Shown one piece after another: positions 1 through 9,791 of a stretch of DNA of 64,000 bases. A model generated the notes under the pieces. It was not told where the DNA came from. It worked only from the letters and a program-made list of their open reading frames with translations, and did not search any database. The DNA is from Frankiaceae bacterium (GTDB lineage Bacteria > Actinomycetota > Actinomycetes > JAFAQI01). The stretch lies in NCBI GenBank assembly GCA_019239875.1, contig JAFAZI010000109.1, forward strand, positions 2,372 to 66,371, given 5' to 3'. The position numbers and the translations under genes are program-made. Position 1 is the stretch's first letter; every line of letters starts with the position of its first letter.

Positions 1-138
1 GTCAGCAATCGATGTGGCGCGAGCCTGGCATTGCGAACACCCGTGCAGGTGCGCCCGGACGGCGCTGGTGCGCTCCGGGGGAAGTAGCCCCTCGTCGAGC
101 TCGGCGAGATCGTCGAGCGAGAGGTGGTCGTCGGTCAC
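1..138 (-). CDS. anti-sigma factor, N-terminal part only (zf-HC2 type); gene runs off the left edge
   Basis: My own translation of the minus strand from GTG at 138 gives VTDDHLSLDDLAELDEGLLPPERTSAVRAHLHGCSQCQARATSIAD. This carries the H-x3-C-x2-C anti-sigma zinc motif. The GTG overlaps the TGA of the upstream ECF sigma gene (GTGA). The frame stays open to position 1, and the ORF is not in the supplied track. Confidence 0.6.
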   Translation of the reverse strand, partial: MTDDHLSLDDLAELDEGLLPPERTSAVRAHLHGCSQCQARATSIAD

Positions 139-761
139 GGGTGCTCCTCGCCGTACTGTGCTTCATCTTTGACGGCCAGCGGGGCGGATTCGTTCCCGGG
201 GTGATCACTCGATCGGCGCGGGTCGAGATCGCTCAGCTGCTCGGCGAGCCGGGCGCGGGCTCGGGCGCAGCGGCTCTTGATCGTGCCGGCCGGCACCTCG
301 AGGATCTCCGCGACCTCGTTGACCGGATACCCCTCGATGTCGACGAGGACGATCGCCGCCGCCTGATCGCTCGGGAGCGTGCGCAAGGCGGCGAGTACGG
401 CGAGCGAGGTCTCCTGGTCACCGAGTCGGTCGCGGCCGGCCGGCTCACTCGCGGGGTCCAGCAGCAGCGGTTCGGTGGGACGCACTGCGCGGCGCCTTGC
501 GAGGTCGAGGCAGGCGTTCACGACGATCCGGTGCAGCCACGTCGTGACGGCGGACCCGCCGCGGAACCCGGCGGCGCCGCGGTACGCCGAGAGCAGCGCA
601 TCCTGCAGCGCGTCCGCGGCATCCTCCGGATGTCCGAGGGTCCGCAGCGCCACCGCCCACAGCCGGTCACGGTGTCGATCGACGAGGACGCCGAAGGCCT
701 CGGGATCACCGGCGACGTGGCGAGAGAGCAACTCGCTGTCCCCGAGATCCGCGATCATCAC
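135..761 (-). CDS. sigM: ECF-family RNA polymerase sigma factor (SigM-like)
   Basis: 208-aa ORF. Sigma-70 region 2 is present (ALQDALLSAYRG, TWLHRIVVNACLDLARR), as is region 4 (AIVLVDIEGYPVNEVAEILEVPAGTIKSRCARARARL). It is coupled to a downstream zf-HC2 anti-sigma gene. The symbol is assigned only from synteny with the murJ/pseudokinase block. Confidence 0.8.
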   Translation of the reverse strand: MMIADLGDSELLSRHVAGDPEAFGVLVDRHRDRLWAVALRTLGHPEDAADALQDALLSAYRGAAGFRGGSAVTTWLHRIVVNACLDLARRRAVRPTEPLLLDPASEPAGRDRLGDQETSLAVLAALRTLPSDQAAAIVLVDIEGYPVNEVAEILEVPAGTIKSRCARARARLAEQLSDLDPRRSSDHPGNESAPLAVKDEAQYGEEHP

Positions 762-818
762 CCGTCAGGGTAGGGCTTGGCGGCGCGCCTGCCCGGCGCG
801 ACAGGCGCCGCCGGATGA

Positions 819-2231
819 TCAGTGTTGGAGCGCGATCTCAGCGACGCCGAGCCGGTAGTCGTTGCCCGACCTGGGCAAGGAGGTCACCCACAGCAACCAG
901 AAGCGCGCCTTCACGGGCTGGGTCAGCTTGATGCGGCTGGCGGCAGGGGCGTTGTCCCGGGAGGCGACCACGGGAAGGTCCGTTGGGCGATGAGGTCGCT
1001 TCGTACCGGCCTGGATCTGGAACGTGGCACCCGGCGCCGACAGGAGCAGCTCAGCGGTCCGGACCTTGATCGGCGCGCCGAGGTCTAGCAGCAGCCCGGC
1101 GCCGTCCTTCAGGCCGCCGAACCGCGGGTTGTTGCGATATGTGTCGGTCGCCCACTGGGTGGAAGGGTCGTCGTCCACGGCGAGCCCGACCCCGCCGGGA
1201 TCCTCGGCCCCGTCGCCCTGCGGGTCGAAGCTCACGACGTGTGGGGGCGTCGACCACACCACCTGCTGGCCGCCGGTGCCGTTGTGCTGTCGAGGTTGGG
1301 GGAATGACGCTCCGGCGCCCCGCGCCGGGCTCGGGATCTGGCCGAGGTCCCGCCCGACCACCCACGCGCCGAGTCCGACGCCCGCGACGATCAGCGGCGG
1401 GACCAGCCGCCAGGCCCAGCGCGCCCAGGCGCCGTTGCGCACCCGGTCGGGGTCCTTGGGCGGCGGGTGCAGCGCGGCCCGAGGCAGCGCGTTCAGGTCG
1501 CGGACCAGTGCGGCCGGGTCCGAGTAGCCGCCGCTCAGGGCCCGCGCGGTGATCTCGTCGAGCTCGCGGCTGATTCCGCCGCGCTGCTGCCGCGGATGGA
1601 CGCCGTCGCCCTTGGTCGGCGACGGCAGGCCGTCCCATCCGGGCAGCGGCCAGCGACCCGTGAGACTGGCGAACAGCAAGCCGCCGAGCGCGCGCAGGTC
1701 GTCGTAGTCGGGTGCGGCGCTCGCGCGACCGTCCATCGTGTAGAGCGCGGCCGCGATCTCGAGTCCCGCGAGCCGGGGCCGGTCGTCGGGACCGATGACG
1801 ACCTCGCTGGGATGCAGCGCGCCATGGCGCGCACCGGCGCGATGTGCGGTCAGCACCGCCTGCGCGCAGGCCAGCACGATCTGCGTCGCGACGGGCCCGC
1901 GCAGCGGTTCGCTGCGGACGGTGGACGTGAGAGACCGTCCGTCGACCCACTCGCTGATGACCCACAACGTCCGCTGCCGGCCTTCGGCCTCGCTGCCGAC
2001 GTCGAGGACCCGGACCCATCTGGCGTCGGAGACCTGACCGGCCCGGCTGACGGCGTCGCAGAGCTCGGTGAACTGCGCCTTGGTGGCCTCGGTGACCAGT
2101 CGGATGGTCACCGGCCGGCCGAGCACTTCGTCGGTGCCGCGCCACAGTGCGTTGCCGGTGCGGGTCGGAATCTGCTCGTCAAGCCGATACCGGTCGTCGA
2201 ACCGCGTGCCGGGTTCGGCCTGCGGCTGCAC
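819..2231 (-). CDS. membrane-anchored pseudokinase with extracellular discoidin/CBM-like domain
   Basis: 470-aa ORF with a kinase-like N-terminus whose catalytic motifs are degenerate: PVTIRLV instead of VAIK, HGALHPSEV instead of HRDxKxxN, and LAGLE instead of DFG. It has one TM segment (LVPPLIVAGVGLGAWVV). The C-terminal domain has DPSTQWATDTYR ... YRLGVAEIALQ. Confidence 0.8.
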   Translation of the reverse strand: MQPQAEPGTRFDDRYRLDEQIPTRTGNALWRGTDEVLGRPVTIRLVTEATKAQFTELCDAVSRAGQVSDARWVRVLDVGSEAEGRQRTLWVISEWVDGRSLTSTVRSEPLRGPVATQIVLACAQAVLTAHRAGARHGALHPSEVVIGPDDRPRLAGLEIAAALYTMDGRASAAPDYDDLRALGGLLFASLTGRWPLPGWDGLPSPTKGDGVHPRQQRGGISRELDEITARALSGGYSDPAALVRDLNALPRAALHPPPKDPDRVRNGAWARWAWRLVPPLIVAGVGLGAWVVGRDLGQIPSPARGAGASFPQPRQHNGTGGQQVVWSTPPHVVSFDPQGDGAEDPGGVGLAVDDDPSTQWATDTYRNNPRFGGLKDGAGLLLDLGAPIKVRTAELLLSAPGATFQIQAGTKRPHRPTDLPVVASRDNAPAASRIKLTQPVKARFWLLWVTSLPRSGNDYRLGVAEIALQH

Positions 2232-2250
2232 CGCACGATCCTACGTTCTT

Positions 2251-2313
2251 GCCCAACCGTCCCGAATCGTTGGTTTGGACCGGCTCGAATCAACGATTCG
2301 AGACGGTTCGGCG
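2251..2313. repeat. palindromic intergenic repeat, copy A (most diverged)
   Basis: Sequence is gcccaaccgtcccgaatcgttggtttggaccggctcgaatcaacgattcgagacggttcggcg. It has the same arms as the copies at 37453, 38721 and 49622. It lies between the NlpC/P60 stop and the pseudokinase start. Confidence 0.8.
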
Positions 2314-2319
2314 ATGAAC

Positions 2320-3405
2320 TCAGTGGGCCCAGGGACGGGTGGCGCCGATGAAGCCGGTCATGTAGACGGGCTGCACCTGGACGTTCGCGCCGGTGTGCGG
2401 CGCGGCGATCATCATGCCGCGACCGATGTACATCGCGACGTGGTGGATGGTCGAGGGCGCCGACGTGTTGGTCGCCCAGAACAGCAGGTCCCCCGGCTCG
2501 AGATCGGCGAGCGCCGGGTGCGGACCGGAGTACCACTGCTGGGCTGCGGTGCGCGGAAGCGCGATGCCGGCGTGGGCGTACGACCACTGCGTCAGGCCGC
2601 TGCAGTCGAAGCTGTTCGGGCCGGTCGCCCCCCATACGTAGGGCACCCCCAGCCGGCTGTGTGCCGCCGCGATCGCGGTCGCGGCGACATTGTTCGGCGG
2701 GTTGATCGGACCGTTCGGGTTGATCGGCCCGCCGGCCGTCGTGACGGCGCTTGCGAAGTTCGCCGCAGCGGCCCGCGCGGCGGCCCGCGCGTTGGCCCGC
2801 ATGATCCGGCGGACGGTGCCGTTCGCCGCGGCGAGCGCCTTGCGCTGCGTTTTCAGGAGGGCCTGGACGCGGATCGCCGCCTGGCTGCGCGCGACCTGGA
2901 GCTGGGTGATCTGGCGGGAGATGCGTGCGTCGCGCTGATCCAGGGCGTGCGCCTGGGCGAGGGTGGCCTGCGCCGCCGCCGACACGGCGGTGGAGTAGTC
3001 GAGCACGGAGCCGGCAAGGGCATACCGGTCGAGGGTCTGGTTGGCCGACTCGCCGCTGAACAGCGAGGCCACGATCGTCGAGCTGCCACCCATCTCGTAC
3101 AGCTGGCGAGCGCGGTCGATGACGTCCTGCTGCGCCGCCGCCGCGGACGTCTGGATCCGTGACAGCTGCTGGTCGGCACGACCGCGTTCTGCCACCGCGA
3201 TCGCCAGCCGGCCCTGCGCCGCGTCGTACTTCTCGATCGCGACCTCGGCCTGGGTCCGGAGCCGCTCAACCGTCTTCTGCAGTGCCGCTGCGCGGGACTT
3301 GGCGTCGGCGAGCGGGTCGGCGTGCGCGCGCGGGACGGCGCCCGTCGTGACGACCGCCGTGGCGATGCCGACGAGCGCGGTGAGTGCCCGAGCGGTACGT
3401 CGCAT
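2320..3405 (-). CDS. NlpC/P60 (C40) peptidoglycan endopeptidase with N-terminal coiled coil (RipA-like)
   Basis: 361-aa ORF with a signal peptide (ALTALVGIATAVV) and a long Ala/Gln-rich coiled coil. The C-terminal catalytic core reads GVPYVWGATGPNSFDCSGLTQWSYAHAG ... HHVAMYIGRGMMIAAPHTG. Confidence 0.9.
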   Translation of the reverse strand: MRRTARALTALVGIATAVVTTGAVPRAHADPLADAKSRAAALQKTVERLRTQAEVAIEKYDAAQGRLAIAVAERGRADQQLSRIQTSAAAAQQDVIDRARQLYEMGGSSTIVASLFSGESANQTLDRYALAGSVLDYSTAVSAAAQATLAQAHALDQRDARISRQITQLQVARSQAAIRVQALLKTQRKALAAANGTVRRIMRANARAAARAAAANFASAVTTAGGPINPNGPINPPNNVAATAIAAAHSRLGVPYVWGATGPNSFDCSGLTQWSYAHAGIALPRTAAQQWYSGPHPALADLEPGDLLFWATNTSAPSTIHHVAMYIGRGMMIAAPHTGANVQVQPVYMTGFIGATRPWAH

Positions 3406-3851
3406 CAGTTCACGGAGTTGGCGTCGCCGCTTTGGGTGGTGACGATGAGGTGCTTGAGCGGCCCGATCCGTTGGAAGACGACCGTCTTCGCGGTGTGACG
3501 CAGCTGCAGATGAATCGTGCCGTCCGGCTCGACGGTGAACCCTTCACGAAGCACGATCTCGCCCTTGTCGGCGACCGAGTTGACGGCGGCCTGGTAGGCG
3601 AGGGTGATGCTCCGGTTGTTGTCGTGCCAGGCCTGGCTGGCCGCGTAGGCCGCGTCTTGCGCGTCGCTCTCGGTCGAGACGTTGTTCGACATGACCGCGA
3701 AGCCGTCGTACCCGAACACGCCGATGATTCCGAACAGGACGCCGAGCTTGCCCAACGTGACAAGGCTCATCATGCCGGCGTCGTCGCGCACGGGAAGGGG
3801 CTGTCGGGTCACCCAATGGATGTCGGCGCGTTTCGTTTCACCCTTGAGCAC
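3405..3851 (-). CDS. small membrane protein of unknown function
   Basis: ORF with one TM helix (LGKLGVLFGIIGVFGYDGFAV). Its stop shares one nucleotide with the ATG of the NlpC/P60 gene (TGATG). The real start may be the MMSLV Met at 3773. Confidence 0.55.
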   Translation of the reverse strand: MLKGETKRADIHWVTRQPLPVRDDAGMMSLVTLGKLGVLFGIIGVFGYDGFAVMSNNVSTESDAQDAAYAASQAWHDNNRSITLAYQAAVNSVADKGEIVLREGFTVEPDGTIHLQLRHTAKTVVFQRIGPLKHLIVTTQSGDANSVN

Positions 3852-3894
3852 GCGATCTTGCGGCTGAATGGCCTAGCCGGGTGATCGTGTGGGC

Positions 3895-5574
3895 TCAGCC
3901 GGCTCTGCCGAGACGGCCAGGGAGCATCCCCCGGAGCTGATCGATCTCCGAGATCCGGATCCGGCGGGCAACCAGGACGAATGCCACAAGTCCGAAGCCG
4001 GAGCCGAGCACGATCGTGACCACGGCGCCCAGCGGCTTGGCTTGGAAGTCGCCGCTGAGCACGTGGGTGACGATCTCGACGGGGATCGCGGCGATCACGG
4101 CGGCCAGCAGCAGCCGGACATGAGTGCGGATGACATAGGTCTTCTCGGGGACCGGAATCCGGCGACGCAGCTTCACCATGAAGATCAGGGCACCGATCAT
4201 GTAGGACACGGCGTAGCCGACCGCAAGGCCGACGCCGATGTGCTTCGTCGACAGCACGATGTACAGGATCCCGTCGACGACGAGGTTGATCGCGGTGACC
4301 CAGAGATTGACCATCATCGGCGTCCGAGAGTCACGGACCGCCAGCCAGGCGCGCAGTTGCATCTGGAACATCGAGAACGGCACGAGGCCGATCCCGAAGG
4401 CGGCGAGGATGTCACCGGTCTGCTGCGCGTTGCCCGGCGACACCTGCCCGTGCTGGAAGACGGCGACCGCGATCTGTGGGCCGAGGACGACCAGGATCAA
4501 GGTGGCCGGCACGAGGACCACGCCCGCGATCGACAACCCCTGCGACAGCGCCCTGGCGACGGCCGGTTCGTCGCCCTCGGTCGCGCTGCGACTCATCTGA
4601 GGGAACAGCGCAGTGATCACCGTGACCGCAACGATCGCGTACGGCAACGAGAACAGGATGTAGGCATAGGAGTAGAGCGCGTACACGCCCTTGCCGTTGC
4701 CGACCGCCTCCGCGAACTGCACGATCACGAGATAGCCGAGCTGGTTCGTCACGACGTACCCGAGCACCCAGCCCGCGAATGGCCCGGCTCGGCGCAGGCC
4801 GGCACCGCGCCAGTCCCACCGCGCCTTCAGGCGGAAGCCCACCGCGCGCAGCGAGGGCAGCAGCGCGATGGTCTGGAGCACTACGCCAGCCGTCGTGCCG
4901 ACCGCGAGGATCAGGGTCTGCTGATGGGTCAGGTGGCCGGGGCGAGGAGCCGTATGCGTCACGACGTCGAAGGCGATGCCGGATGCGATGACCACGACGT
5001 TGTTGAGAACGGGTGCCCACATCGGCGCGGCGAACCGACCGCGGACGTTCAAGATCGCGCCGATCGTCGCGCCGACGCCGTAGAACAACAGCTGCGGGAG
5101 GAAGTAGCGGGCGAACGTGACCGCGAGGGCGCGCTGCTGCTCCTTCGCGCCGCCGGCGTAGGCCTTGATGATCAACGGCGCGAGTACGACGGCAAAGATC
5201 GCGATCACCGTCAAGGCGACGGTCACCATCGTCAGCAGCCGCTGGGCGTAGACCTCGCCGTCGTCATCATCGTCGTGCGCCGCCTGGACCAGCAGCGGCA
5301 CGATGACGGCCGACAGGATCCCGCCGAGCAGCAGGTCGTAGAGCGCGTTCGGAACCGTGTTGGCGACGGCGTACGCGTTCGCGACGCCTCCACCGCCGAT
5401 CGCGGAGGCGATCACCACGGTCCGGATGAACCCGGTGCCGCGCGAGGCGACCGTGCCGGCCGCCATCATCACTCCGCTTCGCGCGAGCGCCGACCCGGCG
5501 GACTCGGGCTCCTCGTCGGTGGGCTGCGGGATGAAGGCGGGGATCGCGTCCGGCCGGATGGTGATCGGTTTCAT
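3895..5574 (-). CDS. murJ: lipid II flippase MurJ/MviN
   Basis: Polytopic membrane protein with the typical MurJ N-terminus (SALARSGVMMAAGTVASRGTGFIRTVVIASAIG...YAVANTVPNALYDLLLGGILSAVIVPLL). The track ORF 3895..6321 is over-extended. I chose the ATG at 5574, which forms an ATGA overlap with the stop of the upstream gene at 5571. Confidence 0.9.
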   Translation of the reverse strand: MKPITIRPDAIPAFIPQPTDEEPESAGSALARSGVMMAAGTVASRGTGFIRTVVIASAIGGGGVANAYAVANTVPNALYDLLLGGILSAVIVPLLVQAAHDDDDDGEVYAQRLLTMVTVALTVIAIFAVVLAPLIIKAYAGGAKEQQRALAVTFARYFLPQLLFYGVGATIGAILNVRGRFAAPMWAPVLNNVVVIASGIAFDVVTHTAPRPGHLTHQQTLILAVGTTAGVVLQTIALLPSLRAVGFRLKARWDWRGAGLRRAGPFAGWVLGYVVTNQLGYLVIVQFAEAVGNGKGVYALYSYAYILFSLPYAIVAVTVITALFPQMSRSATEGDEPAVARALSQGLSIAGVVLVPATLILVVLGPQIAVAVFQHGQVSPGNAQQTGDILAAFGIGLVPFSMFQMQLRAWLAVRDSRTPMMVNLWVTAINLVVDGILYIVLSTKHIGVGLAVGYAVSYMIGALIFMVKLRRRIPVPEKTYVIRTHVRLLLAAVIAAIPVEIVTHVLSGDFQAKPLGAVVTIVLGSGFGLVAFVLVARRIRISEIDQLRGMLPGRLGRAG

Positions 5575-7751
5575 GCCGCAGGCGCGGTCGTGCGGCGGGA
5601 CGTGAGGGCTCGGCGAGCCAGCCGAATGGCGACGGCGAGCATCAGTGCACCTGTCGCGGCCCCCGTGATCACGAGAGTGATGGTGCCGTACACGGTCGAC
5701 CGCACGTAGAGCTCGGTGCCACGCCGCGTTGAGGTCGTCGAGCCGTAGGGCTGACCGCGGGGGGTCAGCAGGCGGACGGTCACCTTGAACACACCGGAGG
5801 TCTTGGCGTCCGCGTGCAGGTCGACGCGGGTCTGCTGGTGGGCGGGCAGTGAGACCGTCTGCTGGCCGCCGTGCGCGAGGGTCAGGCGCTGGCTCTTGAT
5901 CTTGACGATGACGGTGACGGCTTGGTCGAGGCTGTTCTCGACGGTGATCGGGACTTTGCCGCCGTGGCTGGTCAGCGTGATGTAGCTGCCGGGACGAGAG
6001 GTGATCCGCACTTGATTCATCTGGTGGGAGACCAGCGACCTGAGCTTGTCCAGAGCAATCAGTGAGCCAGCGTGGTCGATTCGCCAACCTGAGGAGATCG
6101 TGACCTGTTCGGCGTTGCTCAACGGCTGGGTGGAGGTGTCGGTGCTCGGCAGGATGGCCGAGAAGGCACTGATCTGCCGCCGAACGTCCCCGACCTGCTT
6201 GAGGTAGCCCGGCGGCAGCTCGTTGTGGCGGGCGAACCCTGGATAGGTGAGCGGCCGGCGCACGATGTTGGCGTCGACGGGTGCGTCGTCGGCGGCGGGC
6301 AGGGTGATCGGCGAGATCCACGGCACCTTGCCGGTGTCGGCGAGCAGCGCGGCAGCGTACGTCGGGTCGGGCGCCCAGCGCCGGTTGGGCATCACGACGA
6401 GATCGCGAACGGTGCTGGGCTGCTCCCGCTGGATCATGAGGGTCTCCGCGAGGAAGCGCTGGAGCGAGACCCGCCAGCCGTCGGGATTGTCCAGCCCGTC
6501 GTTGATGACGTTGTCGAGCGTCGCGTCGGTGAGCAGCGCGTCGACCGGAACGCCGTTCGCGGACACCTGGGCATGTGCGGTCGGGGTGTAGGTCGGGTCA
6601 CCGGCGGAGGGCACGGCGTCGGAGGAGAGCAGCACCGTGTTGTCTCCGCTCGCGCGCAGTGCGCCGAGGCTGCGAGGGTCGGCGAAGCCACCGGGCGGCC
6701 AGCCGTAGTCGAGCGTCGTGGCGCTGGGCAGCAGTGACGAGAGGCGTTCGCGGCCGGTGACGGCGGCCGCCGCGACGGTGGCACCGAAGCCCGCGCGGAT
6801 CGCGGCGACGACGTCGGGATCGGCGTACGGCAACGCCAGGACCGACGCCTCGGATCGGGTGACCGCGCTGTGTACCAGCGGCAGCCACTGCTTGGCCGAC
6901 TCCGAGCCGGAGCCGGTGACGGCTCCGTCCGAGCCGGGGACCTTGTAGGGCGTCGTCATCGCCTTGACCTCGTCGAGCAGCATCGGGTCGATCGCCCAGG
7001 TGATCGGAACGCTCGTCGTGGTCGAGTGCTTGCCGGCCCCTTGCTGCTGCTCGGCCGCCAGCCCGGCGTTCACGAGCGTGGTCAGCCGGCCGGTGGCGTT
7101 GATCTGTGGGGCGAGGTCGTCGTCCACCCAGTTGCCTGGCATCGCTCGGTGGGGGCGGTCGATGAGCGGCCACACCCACGCCACCCCCGTCCGCGCGCCC
7201 ATCGTCCCTGTCGCCGCTCGCGGCGCCCACGGCAACAGGGTCCGCAGGTGCCCGACCGAGGATCCGTAGCTGCTCACGGAGATGCCCATGGCCCTGACCT
7301 GCCAGGAGGTGCCCAGCGCCAGCGAGTCGACCGGCACCTCGAGCCGGAAGGGCTCGCTCGCACCGGCGGCGAGGTACGACGGGTCTGCCTGCTTGGCGCC
7401 GAAGGTCAGGAAGCTCGGATCGAACACCCCGTCCTGGTCCGCGGCGTAGGCGTCCAGCGAGCTCCGCGCCGAGTAGAACGTCGGCGCGAGCTTCAGTGCG
7501 TAGTACAGGTCGCTGATCGTGTCGGCGCTCGTGTTGGTCAGGGTGCCGGCAAGGACGAGCGTGTCGCCGGGTTGCGGAGCGATCGGTGTCAGCCGGGTCA
7601 GCGTGATCTGGATCGGATTGGTGGTCGTCGTGGTCGTCTCCGACGCGGCAGCCCGGGACGGGAGCGCGACGATCAGCGGCGCTACCGCGAGCAGCGCGAC
7701 GAGGAGCGGCCTGACCAGCGCCGCCGGTGAGCGGCGTCGTACCCGGCTCAC
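5571..7751 (-). CDS. large secreted/anchored conserved actinobacterial protein (Rv3909/DUF6049-like)
   Basis: 726-aa ORF with an N-terminal signal peptide (LLVALLAVAPLIVALPSRAAA) and a C-terminal TM anchor (ITLVITGAATGALMLAVAI). It sits immediately upstream of murJ and is coupled to it, as in mycobacteria. The family name is from memory of synteny, not from a search. Confidence 0.75.
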   Translation of the reverse strand: MSRVRRRSPAALVRPLLVALLAVAPLIVALPSRAAASETTTTTTNPIQITLTRLTPIAPQPGDTLVLAGTLTNTSADTISDLYYALKLAPTFYSARSSLDAYAADQDGVFDPSFLTFGAKQADPSYLAAGASEPFRLEVPVDSLALGTSWQVRAMGISVSSYGSSVGHLRTLLPWAPRAATGTMGARTGVAWVWPLIDRPHRAMPGNWVDDDLAPQINATGRLTTLVNAGLAAEQQQGAGKHSTTTSVPITWAIDPMLLDEVKAMTTPYKVPGSDGAVTGSGSESAKQWLPLVHSAVTRSEASVLALPYADPDVVAAIRAGFGATVAAAAVTGRERLSSLLPSATTLDYGWPPGGFADPRSLGALRASGDNTVLLSSDAVPSAGDPTYTPTAHAQVSANGVPVDALLTDATLDNVINDGLDNPDGWRVSLQRFLAETLMIQREQPSTVRDLVVMPNRRWAPDPTYAAALLADTGKVPWISPITLPAADDAPVDANIVRRPLTYPGFARHNELPPGYLKQVGDVRRQISAFSAILPSTDTSTQPLSNAEQVTISSGWRIDHAGSLIALDKLRSLVSHQMNQVRITSRPGSYITLTSHGGKVPITVENSLDQAVTVIVKIKSQRLTLAHGGQQTVSLPAHQQTRVDLHADAKTSGVFKVTVRLLTPRGQPYGSTTSTRRGTELYVRSTVYGTITLVITGAATGALMLAVAIRLARRALTSRRTTAPAA

Positions 7752-7764
7752 CGCTGTCCGTTCA

Positions 7765-8223
7765 TTACGCCGTGTCCGCTAGCAGGCCGGGGACGCGCTC
7801 GATCAGTCGTCGCTCGTCGTCGTAGGCGAGTCGGCTCGCGAGCTCGTCGAGCGGCACCCACTCGACCTGCTCGACCTCCACGTCCTCATCGGAGAGCTCC
7901 CCGCCGCTTGCGAGCATCAGGAAGTGGTGGACCGTCTTGTGGATCCGCCGCCCGTCCGCGACGAACCAGAAGTCGATCGTGCCCAGCGGCGCCACGACCC
8001 GCCCGGTGATGCCGGTCTCCTCGGCGACCTCACGGATCGCCGCGTCCTCCGTGGTCTCGCCCGCCTCGACGTGCCCCTTCGGCAGTGACCAGCGAAGCCG
8101 ACCGCGGCGGTCCAGCCGCCCGATCAGGGCGGCCCGGCGCGCACCGTCCACGCCGTCGACCACGAGGCCCCCCGCCGAGGTCTCCTCGACCCGCCGGAGC
8201 CGGTCGCGGGAGGCGGGGGACAT
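7765..8223 (-). CDS. NUDIX hydrolase (MutT4-like)
   Basis: Nudix box [23 protein letters not shown] is present. The track ORF was trimmed to the ATG at 8223 ([14 protein letters not shown]...). Confidence 0.85.
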   Translation of the reverse strand: MSPASRDRLRRVEETSAGGLVVDGVDGARRAALIGRLDRRGRLRWSLPKGHVEAGETTEDAAIREVAEETGITGRVVAPLGTIDFWFVADGRRIHKTVHHFLMLASGGELSDEDVEVEQVEWVPLDELASRLAYDDERRLIERVPGLLADTA

Positions 8224-8278
8224 GCCCCGATCGTAAGCGCCGCCACAGCCGATTCCGATTCGCTCGTAGTCTTTCCGC

Positions 8279-9733
8279 GTGCCTTCGCAGGATCCTCGCT
8301 CGTTCGCGGACGCCGCTCGGCTCGCCGTGCGGGAGCTCGTCCGGATGAGCGCCGTCACCGACCCGCTGGCCGCTCGGTTCGCGGCGGCCGGCCACGCGCT
8401 GTACCTGGTCGGCGGTCCCGTGCGTGACGCGTTGCTCGGCCGCGAGACGAATGACCTGGACTTCACCACCGACGCGCGCCCCGAGACGATCCTCGAGCTG
8501 ATCTCCCCGCTCGGCGCCACCTGGACGATGGGGATGGAGTTCGGCACGGTCGGCGTCCAGGTCGACGGTCACCGCTGCGAGATCACGACGTTCCGCAGTG
8601 ACTCCTACGACGCCACGTCACGCAAGCCGGAGGTGGCCTTCGGCGACACGATCGAGGGTGATCTCGGGCGCCGCGACTTCACCGTCAACGCGATGGCGGT
8701 CGCGCTCCCCGTCGACGCGGCAAAGCCGATCGTCGACCCGTACGGCGGGCTCGACGACCTGATCGCGAAGCAGCTCCGGACTCCCATCACCGCGGAGCAG
8801 TCCTTCGACGACGATCCGCTGCGGATGCTTCGCGCCGCTCGCTTCGCGGCACAGCTCGGATTCGATGTCGTGCCGGAGGTGGTCGAGGCGATCCGGTCGA
8901 TGGCGAGCCGGATCGAGATCGTGAGCGCGGAACGGATCCGTGACGAGCTGACAAAGCTGATCTGCTCGCCAGACCCGAGACGCGGCCTCGAGCTGCTGGT
9001 CGAGACGGGGCTGATCGCATACTGCCTCCCAGAGGTCGGCCGGCTCACCGAGACGGTGGACGAGCATCGCCGGCACAAGGACGTCTACGCCCACACGCTC
9101 ACCGTCCTCGAGCAGGCGATGGCACTCGAGCCCGACGGGCCGGACCTGGTCCTGCGGATGGCGGCGCTGCTGCACGACATCGGCAAGCCGAAGACCAAGT
9201 CGATCGAGCCCGGGGGGAAGGTGTCCTTCCACCATCACGAGGTGGTCGGCGCCTCGATGACGAAGCAACGGATGGCGGCGCTGCGGTATCCCAAGGACGT
9301 GATCGACGATGTCGCCCGACTGGTCGAGCTGCACCTGCGCTTCCACGGCTACAGCGGCGGCACCTGGACCGACGCGGCCGTCCGTCGATACGTGCGCGAC
9401 GCGGGGCCGCTGCTCGGCCGGTTGCACCTGCTGACCCGCTCGGACTGCACTACCCGCAACGCTCGCAAGGCGCGTGCCTTGGCAGCGGCGTACGACTCGC
9501 TCGAACAACGGATCGAGGAGCTCGCGGCGCAGGAGGACCTCGACCGCATCCGGCCGGACCTCGACGGAAACGAGATCATGGCCGAGCTCGGCCTCGCTCC
9601 CGGACCGCTGGTCGGGAAGGCCTACCAACACCTGCTCGCACTGCGGATGGAGCGCGGCCCGATGAGTCGCGAGGAGGCGCTCGCGGCGCTCCACGAGTGG
9701 GCGGCCGACCAGGACATAGTCACAATTGACTAG
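8279..9733 (+). CDS. CCA tRNA nucleotidyltransferase / poly(A) polymerase family with HD domain
   Basis: 484-aa ORF with the polymerase-beta-type motif [24 protein letters not shown] and the HD motif [10 protein letters not shown]. Confidence 0.9.
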   Translation: MPSQDPRSFADAARLAVRELVRMSAVTDPLAARFAAAGHALYLVGGPVRDALLGRETNDLDFTTDARPETILELISPLGATWTMGMEFGTVGVQVDGHRCEITTFRSDSYDATSRKPEVAFGDTIEGDLGRRDFTVNAMAVALPVDAAKPIVDPYGGLDDLIAKQLRTPITAEQSFDDDPLRMLRAARFAAQLGFDVVPEVVEAIRSMASRIEIVSAERIRDELTKLICSPDPRRGLELLVETGLIAYCLPEVGRLTETVDEHRRHKDVYAHTLTVLEQAMALEPDGPDLVLRMAALLHDIGKPKTKSIEPGGKVSFHHHEVVGASMTKQRMAALRYPKDVIDDVARLVELHLRFHGYSGGTWTDAAVRRYVRDAGPLLGRLHLLTRSDCTTRNARKARALAAAYDSLEQRIEELAAQEDLDRIRPDLDGNEIMAELGLAPGPLVGKAYQHLLALRMERGPMSREEALAALHEWAADQDIVTID

Positions 9734-9791
9734 GACCTAGATAGTCCCGACGTGTCATGGCTTCGTCGGCGAGCGTGCCGATACTGGATAC

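Noticed and set aside
2-208. Track ORF 2..208 (-) considered as the gene downstream of the ECF sigma.
   Set aside because: It overlaps the sigma gene 3-prime end out of frame and is Arg/Pro-rich. The frame starting at the GTG at 138 gives a clean zf-HC2 anti-sigma N-terminus instead.
819-2231. An active Ser/Thr protein kinase annotation.
   Set aside because: The catalytic Lys (VAIK), the HRD Asp and the DFG motif are all substituted, so this is a pseudokinase, like the one attached to mycobacterial MviN.
3889-5709. Long antisense or alternative-frame ORFs throughout the window. Examples are 3889..5709 (+), 12311..14107 (+), 15473..17302 (-), 34122..36146 (-), 51634..53346 (-), 54976..56445 (-), 30144..31775 (-), 44518..45753 (-) and 1051..2145 (-).
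   Set aside because: Their translations are Arg/Ala/Gly/Pro-rich low-complexity strings, typical of out-of-frame reading of high-GC DNA. In each case the opposite or alternative frame carries clear family motifs (MurJ, Ino1, PBP, GT4, HelD, S9 peptidase, and so on).
3895-6321. Over-extended track ORFs taken at face value: 3895..6321, 7765..8547, 10968..12644, 20304..21044, 22337..23848, 40859..42328, 42252..43076 and 58009..59442.
   Set aside because: Their 5-prime extensions overlap upstream genes and translate to Arg/Pro-rich junk. Internal starts coincide with 4-nt stop/start overlaps or with signal peptides and the onset of homology, so I trimmed them.
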